Shown here: piece after piece, positions 57,373 to 64,000 of the stretch
Numbering within the stretch: the stretch's first letter is position 1
Layout: every line of letters begins with the position of its first letter
Assembly: GCA_001179505.1 (NCBI GenBank)
Contig: CDMY01000383.1
Location: 1-64,000, forward strand
DNA from: Vitrella brassicaformis CCMP3155
Taxonomy: Eukaryota > Protista > Chromerida
Length of the DNA: 64,000 nucleotides
Direction: 5' to 3'
Program-made: the position numbers and the translations under genes
Notes under the pieces: model-generated
Seen by the model: only the letters and a program-made list of their open reading frames with translations
The model's database searches: none
Told to the model about the DNA's origin: nothing

Positions 57373-57935
57373 TGCCCATTCGGACAGGCGGGGCCAAACA
57401 CGCCAGGCCAGCCATAGCAGCAGCACGGCAAAGGGCACTAGATGGCACACAGGGGTGCGAGGGGAGGGGCTGGGATGAGCAGGCAGGCAGGGAGAGGGAG
57501 GGGAGAGTGTGAGCGGGAGGGCTACTGCAGAGGGTGGATGGATGGGTGTGAGTGTGTTGATGTATATGTATCGGGGAGACGACTGAGTGAGTGGCTAGAG
57601 GCGAGGGATGACTGACAGATGGCGCATGCATGCATGCATGCATGGATGGATGGATGGATGGAGCATATCTGTAGTGGATGAAGTGATTCTCTTCTTGTGT
57701 GAATTGTGCGAATATCAAACTGACTGAAATGGCTGCGTGAATTGTGTATGGGACGCACAGCAGCCATACACCTACAGAAATGCTGTGACGCTTGACACTT
57801 TTCGGCTGATCGGGGTGTGTGTGTGTGCAGATAAAGCATTCAGTGTATTCCATCCATTCAATACGTTGACTCAATCGTCAACACATCAGTATCGTCCAAT
57901 GTCTGTCTGTCGGTGCCTCTGGCATGACTGTACGT

Positions 57936-59010
57936 CTATTGTTTGTCCTCTGCTGGGTCACTTATCGTGCCTTTGCCATCAATCACACCGTTGGGCAGCG
58001 TCAGCACCTCTGATTTTTCGGGCTGCACAGGTGGAAACTGAGGCTGTGTCAGTCGGTTGCCTGCACACACGACACAACACACATATGAATGGATGGACGG
58101 ATTGATGGATGGATGGATGGATTGGTGGGTGGTGATTGTGTGTCTCACCGTATAGCGAGGGAGGAGCATTCATATGGGCTTCAGTCGACTCCACTGGGCC
58201 GTCTGGCTGTTGGTGTGTGGGCGCCGCCTTAGTCTGCTTCTGTCGGAATCTCAGTGCGGGCAGGCGGCTGCGCTTCGGCTGGGGGAAGACATACTTGGAC
58301 ATGACTCGAGTGATGCGCGTCTGACGGCAAGACAGAGACGCATTCATTGGATGGTCGTGTGTCGATTGTGATGAATGCGTGACGGCCGACTGACCGAGAT
58401 TGGATTAGGGATGGTGGCGAGGAGGGGTTCATATGCGGCGTGGACGACGTCACGGACGCGCTGCTGTGTCAGAGAAATGACGACACCGAAGAGACCACGC
58501 TGCTTCCTGTCTGTCTCACTCGTTTCTGGAGGTTGAGCAGTCGCTGCTTCTCACTCACGTAATCCTCCTCCTGACACACACACACACTCATTGATCGTGT
58601 CTCTTGTGTGTTTCTGTCTCTGGTTGATGTTCTGTGTGTGTTTGCGTACGTCGGCCCTTCGTTCTGTTTCTTCCAGCCGCAGCAATTTGTCGAGCGAGTC
58701 GAGCACATCCTGCGTGTCCTCCTGACCAACACAACTCACACACCAACACAACACAGAGAGAGAGAGAGAGAGATGCGCACGCACAATCTCCTCGTTGTGT
58801 GGTGTGGTGTCGTGTGTGTGTGACCTCAGGCGGATGAATGTTGATCTGACATGAACACACGACAGACACACACAACAATCGAGGTATGTGAGTCGTGTGT
58901 GTCTCGCTTGCGTGTGCACATACGGCGAAGTCAGACGAGCCAATGACTTCTTGACGGATGGCCTCGCGGCTCGCCGGACCAGCAAAGGGCAAGGCCGCAT
59001 GAGACACACG
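57936..59010 (-). CDS. Multi-exon hypothetical (coiled-coil-like) protein; ends uncertain
   Basis: Exon blocks QDVLDSLDKLLRLEETERRADVRKH, EEDYVSEKQRLLNLQKR, QRVRDVVHAAYEPLLATIPNP and TRITRVMSKYVFPQPKRSR are flanked by splice signals. Confidence 0.4.
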
Positions 59011-60017
59011 AAGGAGGACGGTGGCAAGCACAAACAACGACAGCGCATGACTGCGGCCACCCAGCATCACGGCAATCGATGAATGTGAGTGAGTGTGCGT
59101 CTCCCTCGCTCGATCGGTGTACATATGGTGGCACGCTTGATCGACTTTGTACACGTATGTTTTGTTGTGGTAATTAAGGTCTCTTCATTCCTTTCTCTGC
59201 GTCCACTCCCATTCACTGCACTACTGTACCGCTGTCTGTCTGTGTTTTGGACGGCCCATGATTGCCAGTTGCGATGCCTCTCAGATGGGACATCACAAAC
59301 GGCTACAATGGGCCAATCCAACACAGAAAGTCATCAGCAGCGAGACCGGATGGGATCAACAAGTCTGGCTTATGTAAAGAACGCCAGCGTCGACATCGTC
59401 ACCATGCATCGCTCGCATCCCTGTTCTTTCTCTCATCTCTCACGATGATGCCTTCCTTCCTTCCCACAGCTTTGCTGTCCCAATACGTACACAGTCTCAC
59501 ATATAACCCCGCGCCGAAAATGGTGAGGCGCATTGTCCATGCTGTGCGTAAGCGGCCTCTGTTTCTGTCGTTGGCATCCCGGCCCGAGAAGGTGTCACTC
59601 CGTTCCGGATCGAGAAAGGCGTGACAACTTCTCGTCCTCAAGGCCGACGACGGAAACAATGACGGCCACACAGCAGCATCTCTCGCAGAACTCAGCGATT
59701 CGATAAAGTGTTCAATCGTAGAGGTCAAAATGCTAAAAGGGAAGGAAGATGAATACACTCACCACACACTTGCACCACAGGCACCACAGACAGGCAGGCA
59801 GCTCGATAAAGGAGATATGGGGGAAAGAGAGGCAGGCAGGCAGGCAGGCAGGGAGGCACACACCCAGCCTCACACACGCAAAGTGGATGCCAGCGGATCG
59901 ACGAAAGAACACAGCTGCAATCACACACTGGCTGGCTGCTACAGAGACCCCACTTACACACAGTAAACCTATCAACCCATGCTCGCGGTCCCCCACTTAC
60001 ACATACTCACCACGCCC

Positions 60018-62247
60018 CTACACGCTCACAGCGAGTCTCGCCACCGTCCTCACGTCCTCGAGCACCACGCCCACGCCCCTCTCTCGCGACCGCAGCTCTA
60101 CTGCAGGCACCTCGCCACCCACCCACGGAGTCACATCCCACAGGAAGGCCATGATCGCCGCATCGCTCAGCCCGCACACATTCAGGGGCACCGGCACCGA
60201 GCAGAAGAACGCCGGGGAGAAGCTGCCAGAAGCAACACCCAGCTCGTGCAGGAGGGGAGGGAAGGGAGGGGGCATCGACGGGGGCCACAACACATTCGGG
60301 TGGAAAGGGGGCGGTCGCCGCTCGTTGCGCATCTGGAGTGCGTCTGCGGGCAGTGAGGGGTCGCATCTTGGGGACGAGAGCGCTGGCTGCGGGTGGGGCG
60401 GCGACGACAGCAGGAGAGGATAGTTGTTGCGATGCGGATGGGCCTCCGTCAGCACGGGCGTGACAGGACACTCGGTATCCGAGGACGGGTTGGCCCTGTT
60501 GCCGCCACTGCCGTCATCATCAGACGCACTAGAGGACCCCGGTCGTCCTGAACCGACCACACCGTCCACCCCCTCACCGTTACAGCCGTTCGGCTCGCGC
60601 TGATGGTCATCGCCGTCCTCACTCGGCACGTGAACAGTCTCGGACGCTCCATCCACCGATGAAGGACACGACGGCAATGCGTTGTCGTTGTCGGCATCCA
60701 CCCTTCCTCCATCTGCGGTGGGGACGTCGTTCTCTGCCGGCTCGCACGACTCGCGAGGGGACGATCCGGTCCCATGATGATGATGCTGAGTGGCGGGGCG
60801 ATGGATAGACGCCCCGATAGATGGGACAGATCCGCCGCTGAAAGTCTCGTTGTTGTCAGCTGACAGATTGGGGCTCTTCTTGGCCGCAGCGGTTGCCTCC
60901 CTTTGGTCGGTCTTGCTGCCCTCCCTGTTGGCGTGTGTGTCTTGTTCCAGGGATTGCTGGTCCTCAGCAGCACGCTTCTCACCAGCCGCAGCGCCCCTGA
61001 TCTCGGTGCGAGGGCTGATGGCGTTGAGAGCGAGAGGGGGCAGTGTCAGCTCCACAATCGCGGGTCTCTCGTTCTCGGCCGTTCCCTGCCGTGTATGCGC
61101 ATGGCCGGCACTGCGTGCAGGACTTCTCCTGTCGCCATGGCCTTGGTCGAGACCAGCGGTGTCGCGAGGAGGGGCAGGTGTTGCGCTGCGTCTCGGAAGG
61201 GCCGGTGGAGTCGTGAAGGTATCGGGTGAGCGAGGGGTGTGGTGGCCAGATGCTCGCAATTGACGCAGCTGGGAGGTCAACAAGAGCACCTGTATGCTGT
61301 GAGCTGCACGCATGTAAACCACACGCACCAAAAATGCAGGACAGATGGATATTGACTGGTGGCTGTATGAGTCGGCGCACCTTGCACAGCGTCTTCCGCA
61401 ACCCTCATAGCGGCATGGTGATGCCTCTCCTCGATCACTGATTGTCACAATCACATCAACAACACGCACTAGATCCGTCACCATGCAGCCCACTTTCCCT
61501 CTCCACCCCTCCCCGCCTACATTTGCCCTCCTTCAGCAGCCGAGCCAGGATGCATCCACGCATCAGCGCCTTCCGCCACCGACTCGCCTCTCGCTGCGAT
61601 GGGGCGAAGAAGGCAAACTTGGGGCTCTCGGCACGTCTGAAGGCATCGATGATCCGCAGATCTTGGTCATCCTCTTCCCCGCTGTGGTGACTGGATGTCA
61701 GGGAGGGCGCGTGGGAAGGTGCGCATGAGTGTCCGGTGCTGTGGAGGGAGTCGCCATTCTCCTCGTCAATGTCAGCTGTCGAGGGGAGGGTGATACCCTC
61801 GGGTACGTCAAACACCAGCACACAGTTTGGGTAACCTGCGCACAGTGAAAACCCGGATCAGCGGATGTGAGTATCCCCTGTGAGCTGTCTGCCTGCCTGC
61901 CTGCCTGCCTTGAGTACCGTGGAAGCGCTTTGGACAGCATGCAGTAGACGATGTACTCAATATCTTGTATCCGCGAGGCTGGGTGAGGTAGCCTCGTGTG
62001 AAGTACAGTAGTACCGTGTTGCACAAGATCACGTGCCGCTCAACCCACGCATCTGCAAGGCAGGACACACACGTATGCGTTTCCTGCAGCCTCTTGTGCG
62101 TGTGTTTCTCATGCTCACAGGGACGATTGTTGCCTCTCTTGATCAGGGTGCCTGTGAGGTAGACGTCGTACACAGGCCAGTCGACTTCCATCGACACGAA
62201 CATGCGCGACGGCTCCTCGCCATCGCCATCGCCATCGCCATCTGCCA
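60018..62247 (-). CDS. PH-domain protein with long disordered C-terminus
   Basis: VYLTGTLIKRG..WVERHVILCNTVLLYF..GYKIL (PH strands 1-4), FAFFAPSQREASRWRKAL (PH strand 7 and C-terminal helix), then a long S/P/D-rich last exon. Confidence 0.75.
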
Positions 62248-62367
62248 TGGGGGAAGAGGGGGAAGTGGGGGAGATCTGCGTCCGAGCTGTGGGGGCAGAA
62301 GCCGAGACGCCGCAGAAGCCTTCGAATCTGATCTGCCGGGTGAAGCTGCCCGAAAATTCCTCTCCAA

Positions 62368-64000
<1,633 letters not shown>

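Noticed and set aside
61836-61908. Possible fourth GC-AG intron in the PH gene
   Set aside because: A canonical GT donor 9 nt upstream (cacg|gtactc) gives the same frame.

Overview
Intron-rich, GC-rich eukaryotic DNA with short microsatellite-laden (GT/CA, TCTG) spliceosomal introns. Gene content points to a photosynthetic, flagellated alveolate: a plastid-type bipartite leader, a CDPK-type kinase, IFT172, a PA-domain vacuolar sorting receptor, and two members of lineage-expanded F-box-like families. A chromerid such as Vitrella brassicaformis is the most likely source (inference). The window has two compartments. (1) About 1-17.3 kb is a patchwork of short, mostly broken gene fragments, nearly all on the + strand: a J-like domain with HQD, a ULP1/C48 protease remnant, an IPT/TIG fragment, kinase pieces and 5-6 copies of an unknown 3-exon family. 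It is punctuated by eight same-orientation copies of a 21-nt motif, consensus WTCGBTGYYTRCATTTTATAT, which I did not see in the rest of the window. (2) About 17.8-64 kb holds mostly intact genes in near-strict strand alternation with very short head-to-head spacers: F-box-like family gene, DUF179, BCAT, dynein LC8, second F-box-like gene, SLC26, IFT172, RING-CCCH-ankyrin protein, small membrane protein, SAC1, TAF10, VSR, Pro-rich protein, a hypothetical gene, PH protein and CDPK (cut by the window end). I recognised no rRNA, tRNA, CRISPR array or transposase. Exon boundaries were placed by eye and family calls come from remembered motifs, not database searches.
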